Below are positions 39,676-50,578 of a stretch of DNA of 64,000 nucleotides, in pieces. The DNA comes from Podarcis muralis (Eukaryota): NCBI RefSeq assembly GCF_964188315.1, contig NC_135663.1:20460001-20524000 (forward strand), in the 5' to 3' direction. How positions within the stretch are numbered: position 1 is the first letter of the stretch; the number at the start of each line of letters is the position of its first letter. The notes beneath the pieces are model-generated. The model worked only from the letters and a program-made list of their open reading frames with translations, had not been told where the DNA came from and searched no databases. Made by a program: the position numbers and the translations under genes.

Positions 39676-41547
39676 CATGGGCTCACAATCTCCAATGTTT
39701 CATTATGCAAACTACAGGTTTAAAATCTTGACATTTCCATTTCTTGTTTAAAATATAATCCTAATCCTCCTGTTTGCGTATTTAAATTTCTATATGTGAC
39801 AGCACACATCTTGATATCAGAATGAATGAAGTGGTCCACCAGCAACTGAATGGAAGTCATGTAGACTGTGCACATTTGACAGCCAGAATTAGAGTTTATG
39901 AAGTTAAATAGTAGTCAGGCAACCTCTAAAAATACACAAAACTGTTGCACTTTCTTGCTTTCAACAGTTCATAATAGCAAGATTTTATACACGATGTGCA
40001 GATAGATAGATACATGCTACTTTGAGCCATCTGGGATAAAACAACATGTGTCAGTGTAATCTAAAGCAATGTACAGTATACATATTTCTCTGCGCTCCTG
40101 GTTCTTCTGTATCCTGACTCCAATTTGGAAAACAGAGAAAACTACAAGAGATGTGCATGGTAGTGAACGCCTTCTGTGAGAAGAGGAAAATATTCTGTGA
40201 TGGCCTTGAGTGAATCACGAGTAATGGAGACTCCAAGCTGTAGGAGGTCGTGGCTGAGAGTTACACAGTTCAGTCTAGCAGCAAACCAGAGGTACAAATT
40301 AGAACTAAACAGAAGGATTTACTGCTTAGCAACCTTAAGAGAGAAAACCCTTCCCTGATTTCATCATTCACTCTTCATTCCTTGAAGAAGTGGGAATGGT
40401 CCATGTAAGAAGCAAGTATTTTCTTCATTGAGAATGTGAAGCCGCAAAATACACAGAACTCCCGAGTGTGGCAATAACTCTATGAGTTTACAGTAAAATA
40501 GGAAATAATATCTCAAATGCAAACATCTCTATAATTATTTCTACTAAGATAAAAAAAAGTGTTTTATTGCACCTTGATTATCTGGATAATTCTTATCAGA
40601 CTTCTTACTATTCACCATCTCAGGCCCTTTGCAGCCTATTAATACTCTTATGTACCCGTTGTATGATTGCTCCTACACCTGAAATCAGGATTACTTAGCA
40701 TAAAGCTGAATATGCCTTTCCTTAACAATGCACTCAAAATGCAAACCTTATTAAATACAGACATCTAGTGGTGCTGAAAAGTAAAGGATTGCTCCAGTTC
40801 TACACTCATATCTTCAGATAACTTTCAACAATGCTATACATGGGCAGTACTATTTTTAGAAATGATAAAAAGTGTTTTGTAATCATTGTTTCTCAGTAAT
40901 ATTTATAGTCATATTCTTTCTTTTACCAGAATCTTACTTTAGTACCGCCTTAAAAACTCAACACAGAATCTGAGAGATAGGTTAGTATCTCTTTGCACAA
41001 TAGCAAGGGCAGTTTTACATGGAAATTCATTGGCAACCCTGAACTTGAAAACCTCCAGTTTTCGGTTCCAAGATTGAAATGAGACACACACATCAGAGAA
41101 AGACAATCCCAGATAATGATTACACTACAGCATAGTGTGATGATATTCATATTTTAGTGAACTTAGGAATGAAAGGATTGCACCTCTTTTTAATGAAATA
41201 TATACTTCTTGTGCATTCTGAAATTTCTGTAGAATGCTTGCTATTAATGAGAAGATAGGCTACTAATGAACAACAAATTTAGCATAATGATAAATCCAGA
41301 TTTGCTCGCTGTCTCCTAATTCTGTGAGAATATACTCTAGTTCATTTCTTTCCTGGTTGATCTAGAACACTAGAGAAAAATATTCATACAAAAATGCCAC
41401 TAAAATTAACAGTACTTGCGTTAATAATGACTAACTTGGTTCAAAATGTTTGAAGTACAACTAAGGCAGCAATTCTAAACATACTTATGAAAGAGGATCT
41501 AACATTATAAATGTGCTTGTCTTTTAGGGTCTACAAGACTCTTCATT

Positions 41548-41895
41548 GTGCTGTGGTCTAAACCACTGAGCCTAGGGCTTGCCGATCAGAACGTCGGCGG
41601 TTTGAATCCCCGCAACGGGGTGAGCTCCCTTGCTTGGTCCCTGCTCCTGCCAATCTAGCAGTTCAAAAGCATGTCAAAGTGCAAGTAGATAAATAGGTAC
41701 TGCTCCGACGAGAAGGTGAACGGCCTTTCTGTGCGCTGCTCTGGTTCGCCAGAAGCGGCTTAGTCATGCTGGCCACATGACCCAGAAGTTGTCTGCGGAC
41801 AAATGCTGGCTCCTCAGCCTATAGAGCAAGATGAGTGCCACAACCCCAGAGTTGTCCGCGACTGGACCTAACGGTCAGAGGTACCTTTACCTTTA
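41548..41895 (+). mobile_element. Sauria SINE, slightly 5'-truncated
   Basis: Homologous to the other copies, ends GGTACCTTTACCTTT. Confidence 0.92.
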
Positions 41896-42193
41896 AGACC
41901 AGTAGCACAAAACGGAACTTCCTTCTGATTAAAGATGCATTGGCTTGGGCTGTTAGTTTTTCTGGATTGAGCCAACTCATAAAAAGATGTATGTGTGCTA
42001 ATATATTCGATAAAGTCCCTGTTCTGTCTTAAAAACTTCATTTTCCTATAATTTCTACTATTGACTTAAGAAGAGAAAACCCAGACAATTCAGAAACCAT
42101 ATACAATCCTGAATTCTCATTGTAATGGTTTTTGTTGAAAGAACCATGAACAGAATTCCACTTAGACTGTAGAACTTCCCTGCTCCCACCATA

Positions 42194-42548
42194 AAGGTAA
42201 AGGTACCCCTGCCCGTACAGTCCAGTCGTGTCCGACTCTAGGGTTGTGCTCTCATCTCACTTAAGAGGCCGGGAGTCAGCGCTGTCTGAAGACACTTCCG
42301 GGTCATGTGGCCAGCGTGACGAAGCTGCTCTGGCGAGCCAGCACCAGCGCAGCACACGGAAACGCCGTTTACCTTCCCGCTATAAAGCAGTACCTATTTA
42401 TCTACTTGCACTTAGGGGTGCTTTCGAACTGCTAGGTGGGCAGGAGCTGGGACCGAAAGACGGGAGCTCACCCCGCCGCGGGGATTCAAACTGCCGACCA
42501 TACGATTGGCAAGTCCTAGGCACTGAGGTTTTACCCACAGCGCCACCC
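42194..42548 (-). mobile_element. Sauria SINE (second subfamily)
   Basis: 12-bp TSD GCTCCCACCATA at 42182-42193 and 42549-42560. Confidence 0.95.
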
Positions 42549-44772
42549 GCTCCCACCATACACTTACCAAAATACGTATAAGGTGAACCCTCATGAATAT
42601 CATGTGGTGGAGGGGGAGAGACACAACTGGAAGGGGAAATTACAGAAGCGGGGCTCGTTGCTTTCTATTGCAATGAAAGTCTCTTTGGATTCAAGCACTG
42701 TTTATTCCCCGATTGTGAAATGAATAAAGACTTTCATTATTTTGCATACATTCCAGCTCTAACTGAATTGTTACTATCTGTGCTTCTTGTATTTAACCAC
42801 TCTCTGATCGAGACCCAATGCATCCAATTCCACAGGCACCTTCCTTGCAACCATGTGCACAAATCTGCAACTGAGGATTACGTTTTATGCATCAGATGGC
42901 CCCTAGCCCATAAAAGCTTATGTAATAATAAGATTTGCTAGCTCTAAGATGCCATACAATTTGTTTATTGTTTTTACCATATACCTTCAAAGAGTTTTCT
43001 TCACATGGCTTCCATAGGCTAGCAATATTTACAGCTTCCCTTAGAACCTGGAAGCTAATCGTTCACTTTACACTGAGTGACCTCTGCTGGTTAGAGGGAA
43101 GGAAGCATACATTCATACACACCAGTTAGGCAATCATTCTTCTCCCAGATAGAAAATGATTTGCCATTTATATTTTGAAAGTATGCCAATTTATTTATCT
43201 GCTCTATCATCATCTATTATTAGCAGAAAGATAATGAGCCCTGTATATCAGTAAGAAAGTTCTCTGTTGTTTTGGTTCCCCCCAGCGGTGCAAGATTGAA
43301 ACATATGCTTATTATGCAAAAATAGAGCAATTCCCAAAAGGATAATATCCCCTACTACTACTACTACTCACAGCCTTTTTAAAGCACCCTGCTTTAAAAG
43401 CACTCTAAGACCCTCTGGCAGGAATGCCGAAGGGTAAGCACACTGAAATCAGGCAAAAAGTAGCTAATCTGCATGTATTTATTGTTATGAAGTCTCACGA
43501 CAATAGGAAAAATGTGCAAAACAACATTGTGCAAGATTGCAATGTTTTATGTGTGGTATTCAGCTAAGTCCTACTCAGAGCAACCCCACTGAAATTAATG
43601 AACCTAAGTCCATTACTAGGGTATGCTCTGAGTTGGATTATTGTTATAATACTATGTTCTCATTATAAATTCATCAGTTCTAAATTATTTCCTCCAATAC
43701 TGAACTTAAATGGTTTAGGGTCTACTCTGAGTTGAATTATTGTTATAATACTTTGATCCACCAGTTCTAAATTATTTCCTCTAATACTGAAACCTAAGTT
43801 GTTAAGGGCCAAACCAGGCATGTGCTTGTTCATATTTGCCTGCATGGGTTAATTTGGCTATAAATGAAAGGATTTTAGATATTCAGGGGACTTTCTAGGT
43901 ACACAGAAGTTTGAAAATGGAAGGGAGAACACATTTTAAAAAAATAAATCAAAATCACCTGGCAAAAATTTGTGGGGTTCTAGACTTGCAGAATGTTGAT
44001 GGCAGCTGAAAAGAAAAGATGCTCAAAGCATTCACGAGGAGCCTCCAGTGTGTGGGTTAATCAGGCCTGACAGGGGTCCCAATCTGACCAAGGAAACAGT
44101 TTCCTCAAGCCATGCCCGCCTGCCTCACACCTGACATCTTGTATACAACATCAGATAGCAGGCAGCTAATGACAGAGTTGCCAAGAAACAACTGGGAACC
44201 TTAAACTGCATTCACAGTTCTTCCTGGGCAGACAAGGCTTGGCTTAACCACATTTTAAAATTGGCACCAAATACGAACTACACTCCAGAGTTGTGGGTGA
44301 TCCATGCCCAAAGTGGGGATTGAAGTAACTCTTAATCAGCTGGTTGGCAATGACTTCATGCTTTACTGGGATTGGAAACTGAAAAGGAAAGTTGATCCTT
44401 GCTGAAAATGGGGGTTAAAGTCACCACTGAGTTCCTTTGCAGTTTACATTTAACCCATGCCTACAAAGGAACACTTTTCCTTTACAGCCCAGCTTAAACT
44501 TAGAACAAGTTCCACCGCAGGCTCAGGATGGATTCAAACCACACCTGTCAAGAAACACTTTTCCTCTGCAGCATGATTTGAGTTCAAGCTGGGAAGCTAA
44601 GGGAAAAAATGAGCCTGCCAACATATTAAAGTCGTCCATGGGGCCTGAGGGAAATGAAGATCCATTCCACTAGGCAAAACATGCAGAACACTTCCCAGTT
44701 CAGCAAAGGGGACCCCTGATTTCTCCCAACTGCCTCTCAAGCTGCTGTCATCCACATCATACCCCACACATA

Positions 44773-45142
44773 GGGACACGGGTGGCACTGTGGTCTAAAC
44801 CACTGAGCCTCTTGGGCTTGCCAATCAGAAGGTCAGAAGTTTGAATCCCCACGATGGGATGAGCTCCCATTGCTCTGTCCCAGTTCCTGCCAACCTAGCA
44901 GTTCAAAAGCATGCCAGTGCAAGTAGACAAAAAGGTACTGCTGCGGCGGAAAGGTAAATGTGTGCTCTGGTTTCCATCATGATGTCCCGTTGTACCAGAA
45001 GCGGTTTTGTGATGCTGGTCACACAACCCAGAAAGCTGTCTGTGGACAAATGCCAGCTCCCTCAGCCTGAAAGTGAGATGAGCGTCGCAACCCCATAGTT
45101 GCCTTTGACTGAACTTAACCATCCAGGGGTCCTTTACCTTTT
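44773..45142 (+). mobile_element. Sauria SINE, older copy
   Basis: Head GGGACACGGGTGGCACTGTGG, tail GGTCCTTTACCTTTT. Near-TSD TACCCCACACAT / TATCCCACACAT. Confidence 0.92.
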
Positions 45143-46899
45143 ACGTGCCTTATCCCACACATCTTCAAAAAGTTACTCATCTCTGTAGAGTGTTTCTTCC
45201 AGGGGGCACAGTGGTCTGTGAAACAACGGAGTCAGGAAAGCCCTGACTGCAGCTCAGCTCTCATACTACAAAAGTTTATTTAATTAAATAATATGTTCAC
45301 AGTATTATTGACATTTATATTCTGAAAATCTTAGCATGCTTTTTAGAAGGCATGAAACACAGGAGGGAAAAGAACAAAAAGCTAATTAAGAACAGATTCC
45401 CTGAGGGTCACAATCAGCATTTTCAATAGCTTATATTAAGTTTTAGTGATTTTTTTTAACCAAGAGTGATATCAAAAACATCTCTACAGGAACTGAAAGA
45501 GATGTTTTCATGGTTCTATTATTTTAATTGAGATCTAAACCCTTTATACCACTCAAAAATGTCACAGACTGTTGATGCACTCTAAAGCATTTTGACCAAG
45601 AAAATTGTTACAATTCATAACTGCTGATCATGGCAATATCTCCACTTATTTAACAATGTCCATGGAAAAAAAGAAACATATTAGGTCTTTGCTTCAGCAA
45701 ATACTGAAATCTATTTATATGCAAATACCCCATCCATTATAAGTATGAGAGTAGAAGCATAAAGGGAGGAATAAATTATCAGTGGGAAACGTTAATGAAA
45801 TCTATTTCAAAACACAGTATTTCATGAGTCCTCATTGATACAATATTTGTTCTATTCTAAAATGGAATTGGTAAGTTTGACATTTAAGATGCACTACAAC
45901 TGCATTATTTCCAATGCCAATATGTTTTCTAAAATGTATTCTATTCCCATAGAATTATGATCTACCCTTTTTCTACCTATATAACTCATCCTTACGAATA
46001 CATTCTGCTTCCCTAATTGTGTGTGTGCACGCATGCGTACAGAAATATGTTTATACAAATAGAGATTAGCATCAGTCTTACTAATAAAAATTTCAAATGA
46101 AGAATTGGGGTTGAAAGAGTACAAAAGTAGTGCTGACCAAACTTGAGGAACACATACCTTAACTAGAGTTATTATCTACTAAAGACTCTGTTTCTCTCAG
46201 CATGCTCTCAATTTCCAGAACATCCCAATTTTGACAGCCAATTAAAGACTATAGCATTTTTACAGAGGTGTTGACATGGGAGTTCACTGTTTTTGCAATG
46301 CAGCTATACAACCTTAAACAGACTGGAAAGAAATGGTGAAAAACATCATTTTTTAAAACAAGAACCTTCTGCATTATCTTTAAAAATCTGGCCCTAAACA
46401 TATATTAAAGTTCCTCAGTTACACCCTTTTATAGACCTAGCAACTCAGAGAACAACAGGTTCCCCACCTGTGTTGTACTGTGTTAAGGACAGACACCTTG
46501 AATCCCAGTTCCTTATAGGAGACATTAATCTAGCAAGCCACTCTGGGTTGGAAATGGCAGCAGCCAGCAGCCCTCTCCAGGCCTCTGATAATACTAAAGA
46601 TGCAACGTCACGCCACCAGTAAGGGGGATCAATTGTGGACAACCTAGAATAATCAGGGCTGGTGTGGGCTATTACATTATGCAAACACAGGGCTACACAT
46701 TTCAGGGAAAGTGCTTCCCATGTTGCTGAGAAGACTGCTTGACGACAGTGACCTAGATTGCATAACCTAGGCCAGTGTTTCCCAACCACTGTTCCGCGGC
46801 ACACTAGTGTGCCGCGAGATGTTGCCTGGTGTGCCGCGGGAAAAATTAAAAAATTGAAAGATTTTTTTTTTAAAAGTCAAATTTTCGATTGGGGCGCCG

Positions 46900-47356
46900 T
46901 CACTAGATGACCCCTGGGGTTCCCTCCCTCCCTCCCGCTCTGCGCCTCCCTCCTCCTCCTCCGGGGAGGCCCTTCCTGGCTCTCGGCCAAGGCTTGGCGG
47001 CTGCCACTCACTCACTCGCTCGCCCACCCGTCCCTCCATCCCTGCACCCGGCCTCTCCCCCTCCGTCCCCGGCGCGGGGGCTGCCGGGATCCGTAGTCCC
47101 CTCGCCCTTGGGCTCCGCGCCCGCGCGGGGTGCGCAAACTACGTTTCCCAGCGTGGCCTGGCGGGCCGGGCGTTTTGTTTGAAGCGCTCTTCTCCCGGCC
47201 ATGGAATGAGCGCAGCGGCGGCGGCCGGGCGGGCAGGGGCTCTTCCGCGCAGACCCCGCGCAGCCTGCCTGCGCCCCCGCGGAGATCGGGCGGCAGGATG
47301 GAGCCCGGGGATCCCCGCGGAGGCGGAGCGGCGGAGGCGGAGGCTGCCCCCCAGGT
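46900..47356 (+). pseudogene. Captured gene 5' end inside the hAT: CpG island, ZNF143-type motif, coding exon MEPGDPRGGGAAEAEAAPQ (47298-47354) and donor
   Basis: Very GC/CpG-rich. AACTACGTTTCCCAGCGTG at 47137-47155. Strong Kozak GGCAGGATGG. 19 codons then CAG|GTAGGG. Source gene not recognised. Confidence 0.6.
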
Positions 47357-47774
47357 AGGGCTGCGTCGGGGGGGGGGGTTTATTTTTGCAATGCTGCATC
47401 CGCGCCGGAGGGGACGCATCGGACCGCAGGGAGACCCCTTGGCGTGCGTGCAAGGCAATGCATGCGTGCAGGCGTTGCATGGAGTGCAGTGCAATGCAAT
47501 GGCAACGCGGCGCCCTGCATGCATGCATGCAACTTCCACCGGCACTCTGGACTTGGCAGGTGAGGGGGGTCCCCAGTGGGCGGCAGAGAGAGCCAGAAGG
47601 GCGAAGGGGAGCCGGGGGGGAGCAGCGCTGCTCCCCGAGCCGAGCCCGGGGGGAAACTTCGGCGTCGTTGCGCCGGGTTTTGGAAGCAGAGGCTGGCGGG
47701 GGCCCCTCACCTGCAAAACCTGGTCGCCTCTCATATATTTCGTGCATTGCATTCATCGCCCGCTTTCTCCTCCA

Positions 47775-47910
47775 AGGAGCTCCCGGGGGCGCGTGTGGTT
47801 CTCCCCGTGTTATCCTCACAACAACAGCCCTGCGAGGTGGGTCAGGCGAGTGGCCCAAGGGAGCACCCAGGGATTGTCCTGGCCAGGTGGGGTGATTTGA
47901 ACCCTGCTCT
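47775..47910 (+). mobile_element. Old MIR/Squam-like SINE remnant within the hAT cargo
   Basis: TTATCCTCACAACAACAGCCCTGCGAGGTGGG..GGCCCAAGG..GATTTGAACCC. Confidence 0.6.
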
Positions 47911-49914
47911 CTGCCCGGTCTTCGTCCTCATTTAGCCCCCACATGTGCATGACTGTGCATGACTGAGGTTTTCCCCCCTCGTCTTGGCTATGGTGTGAGT
48001 CTGTGCTGTTAATTAATGGGGTTCTGCCTTCGGAGAAGATGAGCCAGCCCTCAAGGAGGTGATTATGTAATTTGCTAGCAATTCATGTCCCTCCCGGCGT
48101 GACGCTGCGCGCTGACGTCACGGGGCTGTAATGGTGGTGTGCCTCGAGATTTTTTTCATGAAACAAGTGTGCCTTTGCCCAAAAAAGGTTGGGAAACACT
48201 GACCTAGGCAATGGCTTACCAGGACTGCACAAATAGGCTGGTTGCGGAGAGCGACTCACGTCTGCTTTGCTGCTGCCCAGACTTTTTAGCTCAACATGGC
48301 ATAGCAGCTAGGCCATGGTTTGCTTATTGTGTCGTCAAACCCAAGATAGTTAACGTCTCTTTTCTTAACCATGATCTGTACTCAAGGTCTGCCCTGTGAT
48401 TGCAGGTTCATGCTTAAGGAGGTTAACCACAATCCAGAATTCAGACAACTCACCAAATCTTAGCTTCACTCCTGTCTTGAGCTAAAGAGCTCAGAGAAGT
48501 GCAAAAAGGGTGCAAGTTCTTTCTGAGAGCCCTTGTGTTCATACTAAGCCACAGTTTGGCTTTGTGTTATATGCAAATGAGGCCAATTAAGTGCCTTTTG
48601 AACATGCAGCTTGCTCCATGCTTCCTTACTCTGGGGGCAGAGGTGTGATAAACATTTAAATAGCAACAGGTAGTGTTTTAATTGTATGAGTTTCATCAGA
48701 GAATTATTTTGGTTTAAATTACAATTTTGCAATGTAATTTATTTATTTTATGGAACTTTTCTACTTGGCCACCTCAGGCATTGCTAAGCTGAGAGATGGG
48801 ACATATCTGTATTAAACCAATAATAGACAACTGGGGAATTTGTTGGCAGCCACCAATGTCACAGTTCTATCTCTTTCACAGAGAACTAGACCAGGGCTCT
48901 GTGTTCCCCTCAATCCTGCACTCCCTTTCTACTCTGTCCATTCTGGACTCTCAACTGTTACTGCTATTCATGTTCTGGCCAGCTGGAGAAAAAAAGCAAG
49001 GCTGGAAGTTTCAAAAAAATACAATACATGTTGTTTTTTTTAATCCAGCAGGATGTTCTGTTCCTAATACTATTACATATTTTTATCCAGGGTGGCCATG
49101 TGTTTGTTGCAGCAAAAAGGAAGACTCTTGTGGAAGCTTAGAATCTAACAAATTTGTTATGGTATAAGGTTTTGTGGGCCACAGTCCACTTCATCAGACG
49201 CATAAATTGCAATCTACATCGGCAAGCATGGTAAGGATGGTATATGGAGGAATGAGATAAGAGAAGATGAAATGATGAAAACAAAAGACAGGTGTGCTTC
49301 CATGTAATTGTCACAGTCTCTTCTTTTTGCATTGCATTTCTCTCTGACTTCACCCATCTACACACACCGCTCTTGTGTCATGCTTGCTTGCCAATTCAGG
49401 GTTATACTCCTCGTGAGTTGTACTGTGCTTCAAGCACCTGAATTTGTTAGCATTTAATGTTTCATAAGACTCTTTTTTCTTTTTGAAATCTTGATACGAC
49501 ACCGCTGGGCGAGATTGTCTGCAAGCTAGATCGTCCAGTGTCAGCAACATGCTGATACCAACCAGCTCTATTTGTCATTCTCAGCTGAACCAAACACAGT
49601 AGTCTCAGTTCAGAATCAGCTCTGAATACTGCAGTGGACAGAATGAGAGTTAATAAGGCGGTGCCCTCTTAAAAAGTGTGTAATGGCAACTGATGATTCA
49701 TTCTTCCCAGGAAGGCAACTCTTCCACTTTGAAATGAGTGCCATACTTCTTTTGGCAGAGAAGATGCACCATTTTGCTTACCACAATAAACTGGTTTTAC
49801 TGCTTCAAGGCTGTTTTGCTGGGTGTACCTGTTTCAGCTACATTCAATTCACCCATTTGATTAATGGGCAGGTGTGGGGGATTCCCTGCTCCTGAATGGG
49901 GTAAATGTGCCCTA

Positions 49915-50534
49915 AAGGACGAGGTGTGCAGCTGGGAGTCATTTTTGACTCACAGCTGTCCATGGAGGCACAGGTCAATTCTGTGTCCAGGGCAGCTGTC
50001 TACTAGCTCCATCTGGTACGTCAGCTGAGACCCTGTCTGCTTGTGTACTGCCTCACCAGAGTGGTACATGCTCCTGTTATCTCCTGCTTGGACTATTGCA
50101 ATGCACTCTACATGGGGCTGGCTACCTTTGAAGATGACTCTGAAACTACAACTAATTCAGAATGCAGTTGCCAGACTGGTGAGTGAGAGTGGCCGCCAGG
50201 ACCATATAACACCAGTTCTAAAAGATCTACATTGACTCCCAATATGGCTTCGGCCCTGTATACCCAAAGGAGCATCTCCACCCATAGCATTCAGCCCTAA
50301 CACTGAGGATCAGCTCTGATGGTCTTCTGGAGGTTGTCTCATTGTGAGGTTACAGAGAACTGTGCAGAGGGCCTTCTCGGTAGTTGTGCCCAACCTGCGG
50401 AACGCCGTCCCATCAGAAATAAGGAAATACACATCTATCTGACTTTTAGAAGAAATCTGAAAGCAGGCCTGTACAGGGAAGCTTTTAATATTTTGTTGGA
50501 AGCCACCCAGAGGCAACCCAGTCAGATGGGAGGC

Positions 50535-50575
<41 letters not shown>
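49915..50575 (+). mobile_element. L2 LINE 3' portion with (TTA)n tail
   Basis: Frameshifted L2 RT C-terminus (GVIFDSQLSMEAQVNSV; LPLKMTLKLQLIQNAVARLV..DHITPVLKDLH), 3' UTR and (TTA)n at 50537-50575. Confidence 0.9.

Positions 50576-50578
<3 letters not shown>

Larger units (their letters stand above)
46773..48201. mobile_element. Non-autonomous hAT (Charlie/Buster-like) element carrying captured host DNA
   Basis: Perfect 15-bp TIR CAGTGTTTCCCAACC at 46773-46787 and its reverse complement at 48187-48201. Perfect 8-bp TSD ACCTAGGC at 46765-46772 and 48202-48209 with central TA. Subterminal GTGTGCC motifs. No transposase. Confidence 0.95.

Noticed and set aside
47012-47900. Long overlapping ORFs (246, 256, 239 and 169 aa) as a real gene
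   Set aside because: They result from GC-rich stop depletion inside hAT cargo, are open on both strands, run through a splice donor and a SINE, and have no recognisable domain.
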